From: Candidatus Levyibacteriota bacterium
GTDB lineage: Bacteria > Patescibacteriota > Microgenomatia > Levybacterales > UBA12049
DNA: 64,000 nucleotides
Assembly (NCBI GenBank): GCA_027459725.1
Contig: DAIDHK010000005.1
Span: forward strand, 17,612 to 81,611
Reading direction: 5' to 3'
Both the position numbers and the translations under genes were made by a program. The notes below the pieces were generated by a model that was not told the DNA's origin, ran no database searches, and was given only the letters and a program-made list of their open reading frames with translations. Position 1 is the stretch's first letter. Each line of letters begins with the position of its first letter. Of this stretch, positions 31,624 to 42,287 are shown one piece after another.

Positions 31624-31746
31624 AATTCAAATGAGCAGTATAATTTTTCTAACTAGTAAATACTAAATATTACTAATTGTGCACATTATATACCCTAATT
31701 TTAAATTTGTGAAGATACAACAGATACTTAAATGGGTTTTAATTTA

Positions 31747-32916
31747 CTATTTAACTGTGAGTTGCTCGTCAAGAGGGACAATCTCAAACCACATATGACC
31801 ACGATTAAACTGAATTTCATTACCGTTCGTATCATAAAGTAATGTCCGATCTGTTCTGCTGGCTTTTTTCCAAGTTGCACTAATTTCTTTTCCATCCATA
31901 AATACATTCGCAGTCCCACTGCCTATTGTGCCATAGAGATTATGCAAGTTGTTTTCGTATCCATCATTAGCTGACTGCTGAGTCTCATAAAGTACGATAA
32001 TATCTTTGGCTGTCAACTGCTTATTTGTATCCCGGTCTATATGAGGTGTACCCCCGTTGAAACGAAGGTAGTCATCATTTTTTGCATCATATTTCCACTC
32101 CACCACATAATCAGGATCTCCCCAGAAAGGAACGGTAATATCTGAAGCAGTTGGATTGCTGGCAGGTGAATCATTTTTAAAGGTGTACTTCACAAAATTT
32201 GCATCCCAAGCATTTCCACTTTTATCGACATTGGTCAGACCACGACTCGCACCAACTGCCCACAACTTACTGGTTGTAGAATACATAGTGTGTTCTGTGG
32301 CAACAGGATGTCCCTGTCTAGTATCATCACGCCAATAAGTTGGATAACCTATCCCGAACTGGTTTAAATCATTATAACCATCCCATCCGTAGGAGGTAAT
32401 TTGACCCAAAGCATCGGCAGGTCCGGGTGTATTGGCCCCTCCAACATGAGCATAGAGTGGATTAGCGCCATATTCAGAAACATAGTCTACAAAATATGTC
32501 CTGGCTGAACGAACTGGTCCTACAATCCCAGCATCCTGACAGTAGTAGATATTTAACGTACGAGTAATTCCACCTTCAGCTACAGCTTCGTATGTAACAT
32601 CAGCAAATGAGATACCTGATTGTGGTCGTGCATCAATTTCATTTTCAATCATAACACCCAAAGGACGATGCTTTTCCCACCATGCCTGTTGACTAGCAGT
32701 GTACAATACGCCATTCAGAGGACAGGGCTGAGTTTTTGGTTGGGAGTTACTAAAACTCAATGCTTGTTTATCATTTGTTTGAGCTGGAATGTTCACAATA
32801 GGACGATTTTTATCCGCTATAACCTGGGAAGTATTAAAGAATAAGTATGAACCCACGGCCGAAACAATATATAACAGCAACCCGACTATTATGTATACAA
32901 GTTTTTTATTGTCCAT
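31747..32916 (-). CDS. DUF3048 domain protein
   Basis: RPLGVMIEN, ARPQSG, EAVAEGGITR and GPVRSAR motifs. Confidence 0.9.
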   Translation of the reverse strand: MDNKKLVYIIVGLLLYIVSAVGSYLFFNTSQVIADKNRPIVNIPAQTNDKQALSFSNSQPKTQPCPLNGVLYTASQQAWWEKHRPLGVMIENEIDARPQSGISFADVTYEAVAEGGITRTLNIYYCQDAGIVGPVRSARTYFVDYVSEYGANPLYAHVGGANTPGPADALGQITSYGWDGYNDLNQFGIGYPTYWRDDTRQGHPVATEHTMYSTTSKLWAVGASRGLTNVDKSGNAWDANFVKYTFKNDSPASNPTASDITVPFWGDPDYVVEWKYDAKNDDYLRFNGGTPHIDRDTNKQLTAKDIIVLYETQQSANDGYENNLHNLYGTIGSGTANVFMDGKEISATWKKASRTDRTLLYDTNGNEIQFNRGHMWFEIVPLDEQLTVK

Positions 32917-32976
32917 GATAATTAGAATACAAAATTACAATTTATTTTACAAGTAGATATTTTTAAGCGTATAAAT

Positions 32977-33474
32977 CTACTTTTGTGTAAATGCGATCTC
33001 CTTATTCACCATCTCCCGATCATTAACAATATCTGCCATAGCAATAGCTTTTTTCTCCTCATCTGATAACTCATATTCAATTCCTTTTCCTTTAACAATT
33101 CGTTTAGCATACCAGCGTGTACCGGAACGTGCATACAAACCGGAAATCACAATCCCAGTATTAAATTTATCTAATAAGGCCAGTATAAAACTCTGATCTC
33201 CTCCAGTATCCTTGAAAGGGTTAAATCGCAATAAGCCGATTTTCTGAATATGGAAATTTTCTTGTTGTTCCAACATGGCGTCATTCTTTTCTAATTTTAC
33301 GATTTTTTCTTTGGTACTTTTGACCTCATGCATTAATTCATCAAGTGTAGCCTGTAGCGTATTTCGCTGTGATCCTCTTAGCAGGCTGTTATAATGCATT
33401 TTTAATTGTAAAAATAAATAGGTGAGAGCTGCTAACCAAATTACTAATACCGCAGAAATAATATAAGAAATCAT
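32977..33474 (-). CDS. DUF4446 family protein
   Basis: RFNPFKDTGGDQSFILALLD and YAK...LSDEE motifs. Confidence 0.9.
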   Translation of the reverse strand: MISYIISAVLVIWLAALTYLFLQLKMHYNSLLRGSQRNTLQATLDELMHEVKSTKEKIVKLEKNDAMLEQQENFHIQKIGLLRFNPFKDTGGDQSFILALLDKFNTGIVISGLYARSGTRWYAKRIVKGKGIEYELSDEEKKAIAMADIVNDREMVNKEIAFTQK

Positions 33475-33528
33475 ATATTTACAGCCACAAAATCATTTTT
33501 AAATTATACAATTAAGTTCGGCATTCTC

Positions 33529-33569
33529 ATGTTAGACTCTTGACAGCTTCACTGTCAATAGTGTACGCT
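33529..33569. promoter_or_regulatory. Bidirectional promoter on the inverted repeat TTGACAG-CTTCA-CTGTCAA
   Basis: Plus strand TTGACA-18-TACGCT; minus strand TTGACA-18-TAACAT; lies between divergent genes. Confidence 0.55.
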
Positions 33570-33579
33570 AGCCTCTATC

Positions 33580-33873
33580 ATGGCTAAACAGCGGAAAACC
33601 CGGAAAGAAAAACAACTTGCCGACATGAGAAAGAAAAATACAGTGTTCACTCCTTCTAGCGTAAGCACCTATTCTTATTCGTCCAGTTCAACAGTACCCC
33701 ATACTTCGTATAGTGCAACATCTCAGAATACGACTACACATGAATCTCCCACTACCTCTGTAATCTATAGGTTTGCCCTATCTGATCTAAGAAAGACATT
33801 TTTTATCACTCTTGCTATCGTTGTAGCACAAGCTGTGTTATATATGATTCAGATGCATACAAAATTATTTTAA
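33580..33873 (+). CDS. Hypothetical protein (basic N-terminus, S/T linker, C-terminal TM)
   Basis: MAKQRKTRKEK at the start and DLRKTFFITLAIVVAQ near the end. Confidence 0.75.
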   Translation: MAKQRKTRKEKQLADMRKKNTVFTPSSVSTYSYSSSSTVPHTSYSATSQNTTTHESPTTSVIYRFALSDLRKTFFITLAIVVAQAVLYMIQMHTKLF

Positions 33874-33959
33874 ACATGACTACATCGACCTGCTGTTTTA
33901 TTTCCCAAGACCAAAGTTATCAGCATATCTATTTTTCTGAGAGGAGGTGACTTATACCT

Positions 33960-34109
33960 ATGGCAGCAACAATGTACTGTGTAAAATGTCGTGCAAAGAG
34001 AGATGTAGAAAATCCTGAGCACGTAACAATGAAGAACGGCAAGCCTGCAATGAAAGGCAAATGCCCAGTTTGCGGAACAGCAATGTTCAAAATTGGTGGC
34101 AGTAAATAA
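33960..34109 (+). CDS. DUF5679-family small zinc-ribbon protein (49 aa; not in the ORF track)
   Basis: MAATMYCVKCRAKRDVENPEHVTMKNGKPAMKGKCPVCGTAMFKIGGSK; two CxxC motifs; SD GGAGGTGA. Confidence 0.88.
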   Translation: MAATMYCVKCRAKRDVENPEHVTMKNGKPAMKGKCPVCGTAMFKIGGSK

Positions 34110-34146
34110 CGTTCTTCATGCTGTTAACAGCATGATTATCGAAACT

Positions 34147-34185
34147 TAAAAACCCCGCTCGTTTGTAGTGGGGTTTTTATTTTTG
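34147..34185 (+). terminator. Intrinsic terminator
   Basis: TAAAAACCCCGCT / AGTGGGGTTTTTA stem followed by a T tract. Confidence 0.85.
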
Positions 34186-34332
34186 GATCAAAAATCATGG
34201 AAAGATATTTCTTATACTTATATTTATTTACTGAGGTTATGGTATTAAATACAGCTTCATTCAAGACAAATCTCATGCCTATTTGCCAAAAGATCTCCAA
34301 GGATTAAGAATACTCGGTTCCTCAACGGAATC

Positions 34333-34716
34333 TTACCGCTGCTTTTTAACATATTCAGTTATCATTTTGGCGTCAACTTATTCTGAGGTTATGACAAAGA
34401 TTCCATCAGCACATAATGTTGCTCCCCAGTATATTACATCCAAATCAGGGAACAATTCCCTCAGCTTATTTGACGTTCCACCTTTAATAATTTTCATCAC
34501 CTCACTGGGTACCCATTTTGGTCATGCTCCGATATACAAATGAGCATGGTCTGGTTGTATCGCAATCTCAAATATTCCCCACTCATGAATCTGAGCTGCA
34601 AACCGTATCATCCCTTCCAATCGCTTCTTTATTTTGCCACTCAGTACTCACTTGTAATTCCTCCCAACAATGACAAAATGACATCTCAAGTCGTACTTTG
34701 TTGGTGCCGTAGACTT
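34333..34716 (-). pseudogene. tnpA: Near full-length decayed IS200/IS605 TnpA
   Basis: Hand translation: KYDLRCHFV...QPDHAHL (HUH motif)...IIKGGTSNKLRELFP...EYVKKQ (catalytic Tyr), with three in-frame stops. Confidence 0.88.
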
Positions 34717-34788
34717 TTAGCCTTTCAGAATTTGTGAAAGTGATTTACAGCCAAAGTGTTTTACAACCCTAGGATAGTCGCTACCTTA

Positions 34789-35301
34789 TTATATTTTATT
34801 ATTAAAATCAATAGTTTTAACCTTACCGTTTTTAACAATGTTCAAAATACCCGGAGGAGTACTATTTATAAAAAAATCTTTAAAGGTAAATTTCTCTCCT
34901 GAGAATAATTTGATTAATGCAACTATGACAATGCTATGAGTACAAATGATAATATTTTCATAATTAGAGGACTCCAATTCTTTTATCAAATGCCTCACTC
35001 GTTTTCTAAAAATCCATGCTGGTTCCATAACATTTTCGTTTAATCTTTTATCGTATTCAAATTTTTTACCAGTGATCTTACTAACTATTTCTACAGTTTC
35101 TCTACAACGCAAAAACTCAGAGCATATATTAAGATCTGAAGGTATCTTTTTTAAATAGATTGCTAATTTTTCCGTCGTTGGTCTACCTAATGGCAAGATA
35201 TGTGCAGAAAATACTTTAAATCCATATGTCCTGAACCATCGCTTTGATTGAGTAACGAATGTTTCAGAATGTCTAAAGATATAATATGTTTTTGTTTTCA
35301 T
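34789..35301 (-). CDS. Histidine phosphatase superfamily protein
   Basis: FRHSET, SEFLRCRET, RLNE and CTHS motifs. Confidence 0.85.
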   Translation of the reverse strand: MKTKTYYIFRHSETFVTQSKRWFRTYGFKVFSAHILPLGRPTTEKLAIYLKKIPSDLNICSEFLRCRETVEIVSKITGKKFEYDKRLNENVMEPAWIFRKRVRHLIKELESSNYENIIICTHSIVIVALIKLFSGEKFTFKDFFINSTPPGILNIVKNGKVKTIDFNNKI

Positions 35302-35366
35302 ATACTTTTATACTGCAGTCTTACCTAAATATAAAGTGTTTAAATAATCTAATATTTTTATTCTAA

Positions 35367-36317
35367 TTATAAAAATCCCGCTTTTTTAATTGATTGCGAA
35401 AAACCACAGATAATGTTCAAACACGCCGCATTTATTTTATAACTAACCGGTGTCTGACCAAATAATGTCGCACCTGCATGAACAGCTATAGGTTGTTTTG
35501 TGGATATGTTAAGAGTTTTTGTCTGAAACTTAGTGATACGTCTACTATCAGATTTTTGATTAAATATTAAATTAAAAAAATATCTCAGAGTTGACCATTG
35601 GCTCATATTATAAATTACTACCGTCAAATAATGATTATTTAATTTAGCTCCCGGTGCAAGCTTCAAACCGGCACCAGTAATAGGCCCATTAGCTATTACT
35701 ACTAAATTCGCTTTAGTCTCAATAACTTTATTATCCAATTCTAATTTGACTTGAAATCTATGAGATTTGAAAATTATACGTAATAAAGGAATAATTTCTC
35801 CAAAATGTTTTTTTTCAAATTGATCAAAATGTCTTTGAAACTCAGCATCAAGTCCCACGCCGGAGGTTTCAATGAAATAATATGGTTTTGCTAAAGATTT
35901 CCCTTTAATCACTGTCAGTGTTCCCAGATCCATTTTAATAACTCTTTTAATTTTGACCAATTCAATTGATTGTTCAATATCTCTTGGTATTGCCATCATT
36001 CGTGCTGTGTTTACAAATGTACCAAGTGGAATGATTCCTAAGATTACATTAGAATTAACTAAACCATTTGCTACTTCATTGATAGTACCATCCCCACCTG
36101 CAGCCAGCACAATTTGATATCTTTTTCTGACAGCATTCCTGGCTAGCACCGTTGCATCTCCTTCACTTTTTGTAATTGCATAGTCTGCCTTCAAAAAATA
36201 TTTTTTCATTATGGATTTAATATCTTTAATGGATATTTTATAACCCTTGCCAACCAGTTCTCTTTTTTCTCCAGCATGAGGATTAAATATGATAAGAATT
36301 TTATTTTTCTTTTTCAT
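35367..36317 (-). CDS. YegS/DAGK-family lipid kinase
   Basis: NPHAG, AGGDGTINEV, IPLGT and GLDA motifs. Confidence 0.9.
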   Translation of the reverse strand: MKKKNKILIIFNPHAGEKRELVGKGYKISIKDIKSIMKKYFLKADYAITKSEGDATVLARNAVRKRYQIVLAAGGDGTINEVANGLVNSNVILGIIPLGTFVNTARMMAIPRDIEQSIELVKIKRVIKMDLGTLTVIKGKSLAKPYYFIETSGVGLDAEFQRHFDQFEKKHFGEIIPLLRIIFKSHRFQVKLELDNKVIETKANLVVIANGPITGAGLKLAPGAKLNNHYLTVVIYNMSQWSTLRYFFNLIFNQKSDSRRITKFQTKTLNISTKQPIAVHAGATLFGQTPVSYKINAACLNIICGFSQSIKKAGFL

Positions 36318-36768
36318 TTTATTAATTAATTTTCAATAAGTATAAATCTTAATTATAAAAATCATTGAGTAATATTCAAATAGAAATGTATTAATATGCT
36401 ATGTTGAATATACCTTGATATATGCCAGAATCATAAACTAAAAACTGTAGGAGCAATTTCAATTAAACTTTAGACGTATATGACCAATGAAACTAGAATA
36501 ATTTATATTAACATACATTAAAATTTAGTGATAAAAAAATCTTGAGAACCCACATAATCTAACTATAAGGAACCCTAAATCCCAAAGGAATGTTATCTAC
36601 CTGCTTTGAAAACGACAAGTTTCAAAATTGATGGTAGTAAATAGCGTTTCTCCAGCATTAATAAACATCTTTCGTTAAAATTTACACTGTATTGTAGGGT
36701 TTTATATTATAAAATAATTTGAAAAATTAGATCAATAAAACTCTCCTTTGCGAATTTATATCGGGCGC

Positions 36769-37791
36769 CTATTTATATAAAGGATTGGCAATTGCCTTTT
36801 TGAATGCATCCAGTGAGGACTGATTTATATTTACTATCCAGTTTACATTCTCCTGTTTGCTTCTATCCTCATTATATATAACTACGGCTGATATTTTAGG
36901 GAAATTATACGGAATTTGTTTATTCAGCATATCTGTATACCATTCAGCCTTATTACCACCCACATTAGTAGTATTAACCTCTGCCAACATCAATGGTTTA
37001 CCAGGAGCAATGGTGGTTAGTATATTATATGAACTGCCAAATACTCCACTAAAGCTTACCCAGGAACTCCATGATTGTGAAGTTCCCCAATTATACCCGT
37101 CCAATCCCAGCCAATCTACATAATTATTTCCTGGATAAATATCTTTATAGGGATAAATTGCCGTATTAGGAACATTAGGACAAAACACCCAAACAATATT
37201 TTTAACTCCCTCTGATTTGAAGATATTATGAATATGTCTCCAGGCAAGAATAAAATCCCTTTTCGTACTGCCGGTATATGCTATGCTCCACTGATTTTGC
37301 GGATTATTCATCTCCCATGCAAAGACTAAAAAAAAGGGCTGGTCTATTTTACTCAAATTTTTTCCAGCCGCCTTTAAAAACGTATCGCATTTTCCCTGTG
37401 CGATAGCAGAATATAAAGGCAATTTTGATGAAGGACATTGAGGGAAATAATAAGGATTGACATTTAGCATTGGCTCCCATCCAAACTTACGAATTGTAGA
37501 AAATTGTCTTATTAATACCGGATCCGATAGATACTGCCAGCCCAGATAATAATGTGCAATTGCCACTTTTTTGCCTATCATCGTTTCAAAATCCGTAAGT
37601 TTTTGTGGGTTTAACGTTTGAGTAGCCGGATTATAAAAACCCTGAGTCCATGCGCCTACCATCACTTGTCGTTTACTACCACTATTTTTATTTACAGATG
37701 AATAGTTATGCAAAGCGATTGCTATAATAAGAAATAATACTATTAATACGAACGAAGTTATGGCTAAATATTTCTTGTTTATAATCATCAT
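36769..37791 (-). CDS. Glycoside hydrolase family 26, exported
   Basis: WEMN acid/base, YPGNNYVDWLGLDGYN, and MLAEV nucleophile. Confidence 0.88.
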   Translation of the reverse strand: MMIINKKYLAITSFVLIVLFLIIAIALHNYSSVNKNSGSKRQVMVGAWTQGFYNPATQTLNPQKLTDFETMIGKKVAIAHYYLGWQYLSDPVLIRQFSTIRKFGWEPMLNVNPYYFPQCPSSKLPLYSAIAQGKCDTFLKAAGKNLSKIDQPFFLVFAWEMNNPQNQWSIAYTGSTKRDFILAWRHIHNIFKSEGVKNIVWVFCPNVPNTAIYPYKDIYPGNNYVDWLGLDGYNWGTSQSWSSWVSFSGVFGSSYNILTTIAPGKPLMLAEVNTTNVGGNKAEWYTDMLNKQIPYNFPKISAVVIYNEDRSKQENVNWIVNINQSSLDAFKKAIANPLYK

Positions 37792-37819
37792 TTAGTAATT
37801 AAAACTATTATACATACGG

Positions 37820-40800
37820 CTAAAAAATACTAACTCCATTTCCTGCAGATGCAGGAGGACAATCGTTATTTTTATTCGGATCATATTTTTTGAAATAATC
37901 GATGGCACTAGTTTTGTTAGTAATTTGATATTTGTCTTTGGTTTTATAGTTATATATTAATAGATTTTTATACGGATAAAATGATTTAAAAGTATATATT
38001 TCAGTAGCTATTCCATTATTTTTCACTTCTAGTCTTGGTGTAACTACATCGGCACGTATTGTCGGATCGTGATAGATAGTCTGTAACGCGCCTTTTAAAT
38101 CCCATTGAGATTCAAACACAATACCGGGTCCATTATAAGGGCATATCCCATCCAGGATGATTGTACTGTTTTTAGGCAATTGAGTAAAATGTCTATGAAT
38201 ATCAGCCAAAACAGTTTTACTTCTATAATAAGCGCCTGTCCAAAAACCTGCCAAGGTGCTTATGACGATAAATCCGCCGGTGGCAATGATTGTTGTAGAC
38301 ATACAAAACAGCCAACGAACTAGTTCATCACTTCGTCCCAATCTGGCAATTAATCCTACGATTCCAATAAAAACAAATGCGACACCTATAGCTGCAGCAA
38401 TAGTTACCCGATTATCTATACCCGTTGGTGAAAAACCTATTTCGTTAGTAGCAAGAAATATAGCATACCCAAAGTAAAAGACTATTATCCCTGCCAGTAT
38501 TATACCCAGCATATAGCCTGAATTGGGTATTGGATTCTGTCTTGCAGAGGTAACATAGTATAAATAAAGAAATACTAACATGTATAAAATAGAAGCAATA
38601 ACAAGTGTTTGTAAAGATGTATATTGAATAATCGATTTTATCCAGACGTAAGGAAGATGCGCTCCCAAACTAATAAAGTTGGTATGAAAAATGGAAGTGA
38701 TTAGGTTCATACCAGCCGAAGTATAGTTAAATTTTCCAAGTCTGATTGTAGTTTTCATTTTAAATACAATCAGATAAGCTATTGCTATTAAGTTGATGGC
38801 GATAAAAACAGCAGGGCTCTCATCTTTAAACTTCTTTAATGACTGAACTGCTTTTTTTCTATTGGCATATATCCAAAATAGAAATATATTTACAGCAACT
38901 AATGGTAAAGCGACTTCATAGGACAAAATACTTAAAACCAAACTAACTACACTCATCAGTTGCCATAAATTTGAGTGTTTTGTTTTTAAGGCAAAGGCTT
39001 GAAGTCCGCAGAATAGGCTAATCAGGAAAAACATTAGACTAAGATTTACCTGAAATGCCGCATACCAGAAACGATCAGTGGAATAATTTGGTAAAAGACC
39101 ATAAATAAGAGAAATAGATAAAGAGATTATTCTGGGTATTCCAAGTTTTCTTAAAACTGCGTATAGTACAACTACAGCAATCATAAACACTAAAGAATTT
39201 ACAATCTGATAACCAAGAGGGTTTAATTTAAAAAAATAAAACAAAATAGCATCATAGATATTTTGTATAGGACGCATTAAAGTATTAGGTGTAGTGGCTG
39301 TTAGAAATAATCCAGGAAGAGTTTGATTACGAGAAAGTATAAAATTACCTAAAAATGACCAGTCATCGCTATAAAATCCTATTTTACTTACATATTCGAG
39401 GCAGGATATAGATATAACAACGATTAAGAATATTGTATCCTGAATACCCGCTTTAACCTGTAAACGATTTACAGGAAATAACCTGTAAACTGAACTGGAA
39501 TAATTATTGAGTTTAACCATAGCCCTTGCCAAAAAGCTGCTTATAGGTACTGATAACATTAAGACAGCTGATAAAACAGCCCATGAGATCATAATAAGAT
39601 TATCTCTATGGGTTAACGTAGAAGATGCAAGTCCACTAAATGCAATTCCAGCGAATGCATAATGGGGCAGAAATATTTTATTTGAAGTTTTAATATCTCC
39701 GTCTAATTTTCCTTTAGGAGTAACTTTATAAACTATCTGCTTACCCATTATTACATTTATAAAAGCTAAAAACCAGATTGGCCATGCAGCAATGCTTATT
39801 ATCTTCCCGGCCAGCAATAATTCCCCTTGCTTGTGCCGATCAGTGTTAAAGCGCTGCAGCCATACTGACATTAGCCAACTAAGAACCAACACAACTGAAT
39901 AAAATGTGAAAAATTGGAAGACATCCACGCTGGCAGTGCGCCAACCAAAAATAAAATAGAGACTTAGTAAAATAATACTTAATGCCATTATTACACCGGT
40001 AAAATAATGCTGCTGAAGCAGTAGATAATACATCGATTGACGTAATCCCAGTTTTTTTAAATATCTGGGTGTATGCTTGAGTAAGATATCTATACAACCA
40101 TAAGCCCACCGGAATTGCTGACTAAAGTATGCCTCCCAGGAAGACGGACCTTCACCGAGAGCCAATATTTGCGGAACATAGATACTTTTAAAGCCGTTAG
40201 CATGAAGTTTCATGCCAGTTATCAAATCTTCAGTTATGTGTGCAGTATAATGATTAACTTTTTTAAATGCAGATACTCTTATGACATGGTTTGCCCCTAT
40301 TAGAAGCGTCATCCCCATGCCACTTAACCCCCGTAAGACTACTCCATAGAAGTTATATTGCTGTTCGGAAGCACCTTTAGCCACAACTGATGAATTAGCA
40401 TTCCCATAAACTTGAGGCGTACCTACAAATGCGACTCTTGGATTTCTAAAATATCCTAGTGTTTTAGTAAGGAAATCATGATGCGGAATAAAATCAGTGT
40501 CAATCTGCGCAACAAAATCATAATCATTGCCATAAGTATCATACCAGGAATTATGATTACCTCCTTTGGTCTTTGTATACTTTCCCCTTTTAGTGTTGAA
40601 GTTATCAATCCCCTGTCGGCTAAAATGTTTTACTCCGTATAACTTACATATATTTTTAACGTCTTGACTATTACCTTCGTCCAGTAACCACGTATCATGA
40701 GGATAACTTGCATTTACCATAGCTGGCAGACATTTATGTAATAATTCTATCGGCTCATTTTGCGGGACAATAGTAGTTATAAACGCAACCCTTCTATTAG

Positions 40801-41062
40801 GAATTGGCTTTTTTGCAGGATTATCTCTAATATTTGACGAGACACTCCAGGTCAGTACTTCCATTATAATTGGATGCCAGATTATATAACTGACAAGAAT
40901 AAACAGAATTACATCAAAAAATCTGAATTTACCAGAAAAATTATGAGGAATATGAATTGGATCAAACCACCAGATGGCAAAAGCAAAAACAATGACCAAC
41001 GAGATAGTTAATAAAATGCTTTGAATTATTTTATTAATCTTATATTTGCTTATTTTATGCAT
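37820..41062 (-). CDS. Cellulose synthase-like GT2 fused to a polytopic GT-C/GtrII-like domain
   Basis: LLDEG, KGGNHN, DTD, TED and QQFRW motifs; second half begins GFYSDDWSF and MRPI and has many TM helices. Confidence 0.82.
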   Translation of the reverse strand: MHKISKYKINKIIQSILLTISLVIVFAFAIWWFDPIHIPHNFSGKFRFFDVILFILVSYIIWHPIIMEVLTWSVSSNIRDNPAKKPIPNRRVAFITTIVPQNEPIELLHKCLPAMVNASYPHDTWLLDEGNSQDVKNICKLYGVKHFSRQGIDNFNTKRGKYTKTKGGNHNSWYDTYGNDYDFVAQIDTDFIPHHDFLTKTLGYFRNPRVAFVGTPQVYGNANSSVVAKGASEQQYNFYGVVLRGLSGMGMTLLIGANHVIRVSAFKKVNHYTAHITEDLITGMKLHANGFKSIYVPQILALGEGPSSWEAYFSQQFRWAYGCIDILLKHTPRYLKKLGLRQSMYYLLLQQHYFTGVIMALSIILLSLYFIFGWRTASVDVFQFFTFYSVVLVLSWLMSVWLQRFNTDRHKQGELLLAGKIISIAAWPIWFLAFINVIMGKQIVYKVTPKGKLDGDIKTSNKIFLPHYAFAGIAFSGLASSTLTHRDNLIMISWAVLSAVLMLSVPISSFLARAMVKLNNYSSSVYRLFPVNRLQVKAGIQDTIFLIVVISISCLEYVSKIGFYSDDWSFLGNFILSRNQTLPGLFLTATTPNTLMRPIQNIYDAILFYFFKLNPLGYQIVNSLVFMIAVVVLYAVLRKLGIPRIISLSISLIYGLLPNYSTDRFWYAAFQVNLSLMFFLISLFCGLQAFALKTKHSNLWQLMSVVSLVLSILSYEVALPLVAVNIFLFWIYANRKKAVQSLKKFKDESPAVFIAINLIAIAYLIVFKMKTTIRLGKFNYTSAGMNLITSIFHTNFISLGAHLPYVWIKSIIQYTSLQTLVIASILYMLVFLYLYYVTSARQNPIPNSGYMLGIILAGIIVFYFGYAIFLATNEIGFSPTGIDNRVTIAAAIGVAFVFIGIVGLIARLGRSDELVRWLFCMSTTIIATGGFIVISTLAGFWTGAYYRSKTVLADIHRHFTQLPKNSTIILDGICPYNGPGIVFESQWDLKGALQTIYHDPTIRADVVTPRLEVKNNGIATEIYTFKSFYPYKNLLIYNYKTKDKYQITNKTSAIDYFKKYDPNKNNDCPPASAGNGVSIF

Positions 41063-41539
41063 ACTCTATTGAAAGGATAAAGAGAATTTATTGCTACATA
41101 ACATTAGATCTTTAGCTTCTGTTCAGACTAAAATAGTTGCTTTAAAAGACAATTTTTATGTAAATAGATCAATTTTCAAGAAAAATGTAGTAAATTATTG
41201 CTCAGTCATTGATACATAACTGAGCAGTTTTTTTAGTCGTATTTATTTAAAGAGGCTTTACCTTAAACTAATCTGAGTAAGATTACAAGCTGAACATAAA
41301 CATACTGATGCGTATCTCACAATTTATTTATATAAACATAACATAATTCTTACATATTTTTTGTATTAACTTTTATAATCAAAAATAGAGAGTGTAATTA
41401 AATAATCTGATAAATGATTTATGGAAAATATAAAAAGTGACAAGTATAAACATCATACTAAGCTTATAATTATTGTTTATTATTAATTATCTAGTGACAA
41501 CTGTCACTGTTTATAAATTCCTTTTATGTTATTTTTCCA

Positions 41540-42151
41540 ATGCAAATTATTATGAAATATTTCGTAATTACTGCGATAACTTTAGTTGCAATTTTCTTCT
41601 CAACACAAAAATCTATTGCTCAGGGCATTCATGCCCCAGGGGCAGGAATGTCAAATCCTTCTTTAAAAATGCAGAATCAGGGTTCCGGACTTGGTCTACA
41701 GAATAATTCCATATCTATATACCAGCAATCAGATACACCTATAATGGAGCGTGATAGGGCTATGGATCAGGATAGAACGAGACTAACATTACAACAACTT
41801 CTGCAAACTCAGCAAAATATATCAGGTATTGATCCGCAATTAGAAGCATTAGCTAATCAGCTTAATACATCTATGCAATCTACCATTAATGCTGAAAATA
41901 AAATCAGAGCTCGCAATTTTTTTGTCAGTTTCTTCTTTGGTGGTGATAAAACAACAGCACAGCAAATGCTACAAACCGTTTCGCAGAATCAGCAAAGGAT
42001 TCGTCAAATGCAACAAATTGTTGATGATTGCCAATGTAACGAACAATTAAAGACAAGGTTGTATACTCAACTACAAACTATGACTGCTGATCAAGTTCGT
42101 TTGATGCAAATGGCAAAAGAAGAGTTAAATAGAAGAGGAATTTTCAGCTAA
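41540..42151 (+). CDS. Secreted Q-rich helical hypothetical protein
   Basis: Signal peptide ending SIA-Q; RNFFVSFFFGGD. Confidence 0.75.
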   Translation: MQIIMKYFVITAITLVAIFFSTQKSIAQGIHAPGAGMSNPSLKMQNQGSGLGLQNNSISIYQQSDTPIMERDRAMDQDRTRLTLQQLLQTQQNISGIDPQLEALANQLNTSMQSTINAENKIRARNFFVSFFFGGDKTTAQQMLQTVSQNQQRIRQMQQIVDDCQCNEQLKTRLYTQLQTMTADQVRLMQMAKEELNRRGIFS

Positions 42152-42287
42152 CTTATACATAAATATCCAAAATTATTTAATGTACAATTCTTCTTCACCC
42201 TATCTATCTAATATAAAAATTGTTATCTGTTATCATTAAAAAGATAAACAAACCCGAACAGAGGTTATAAAAAACATAATTCTAATA

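Noticed and set aside
34283-34737. Two + strand ORFs of 86 and 65 aa
   Set aside because: They are antisense shadows of the tnpA pseudogene.
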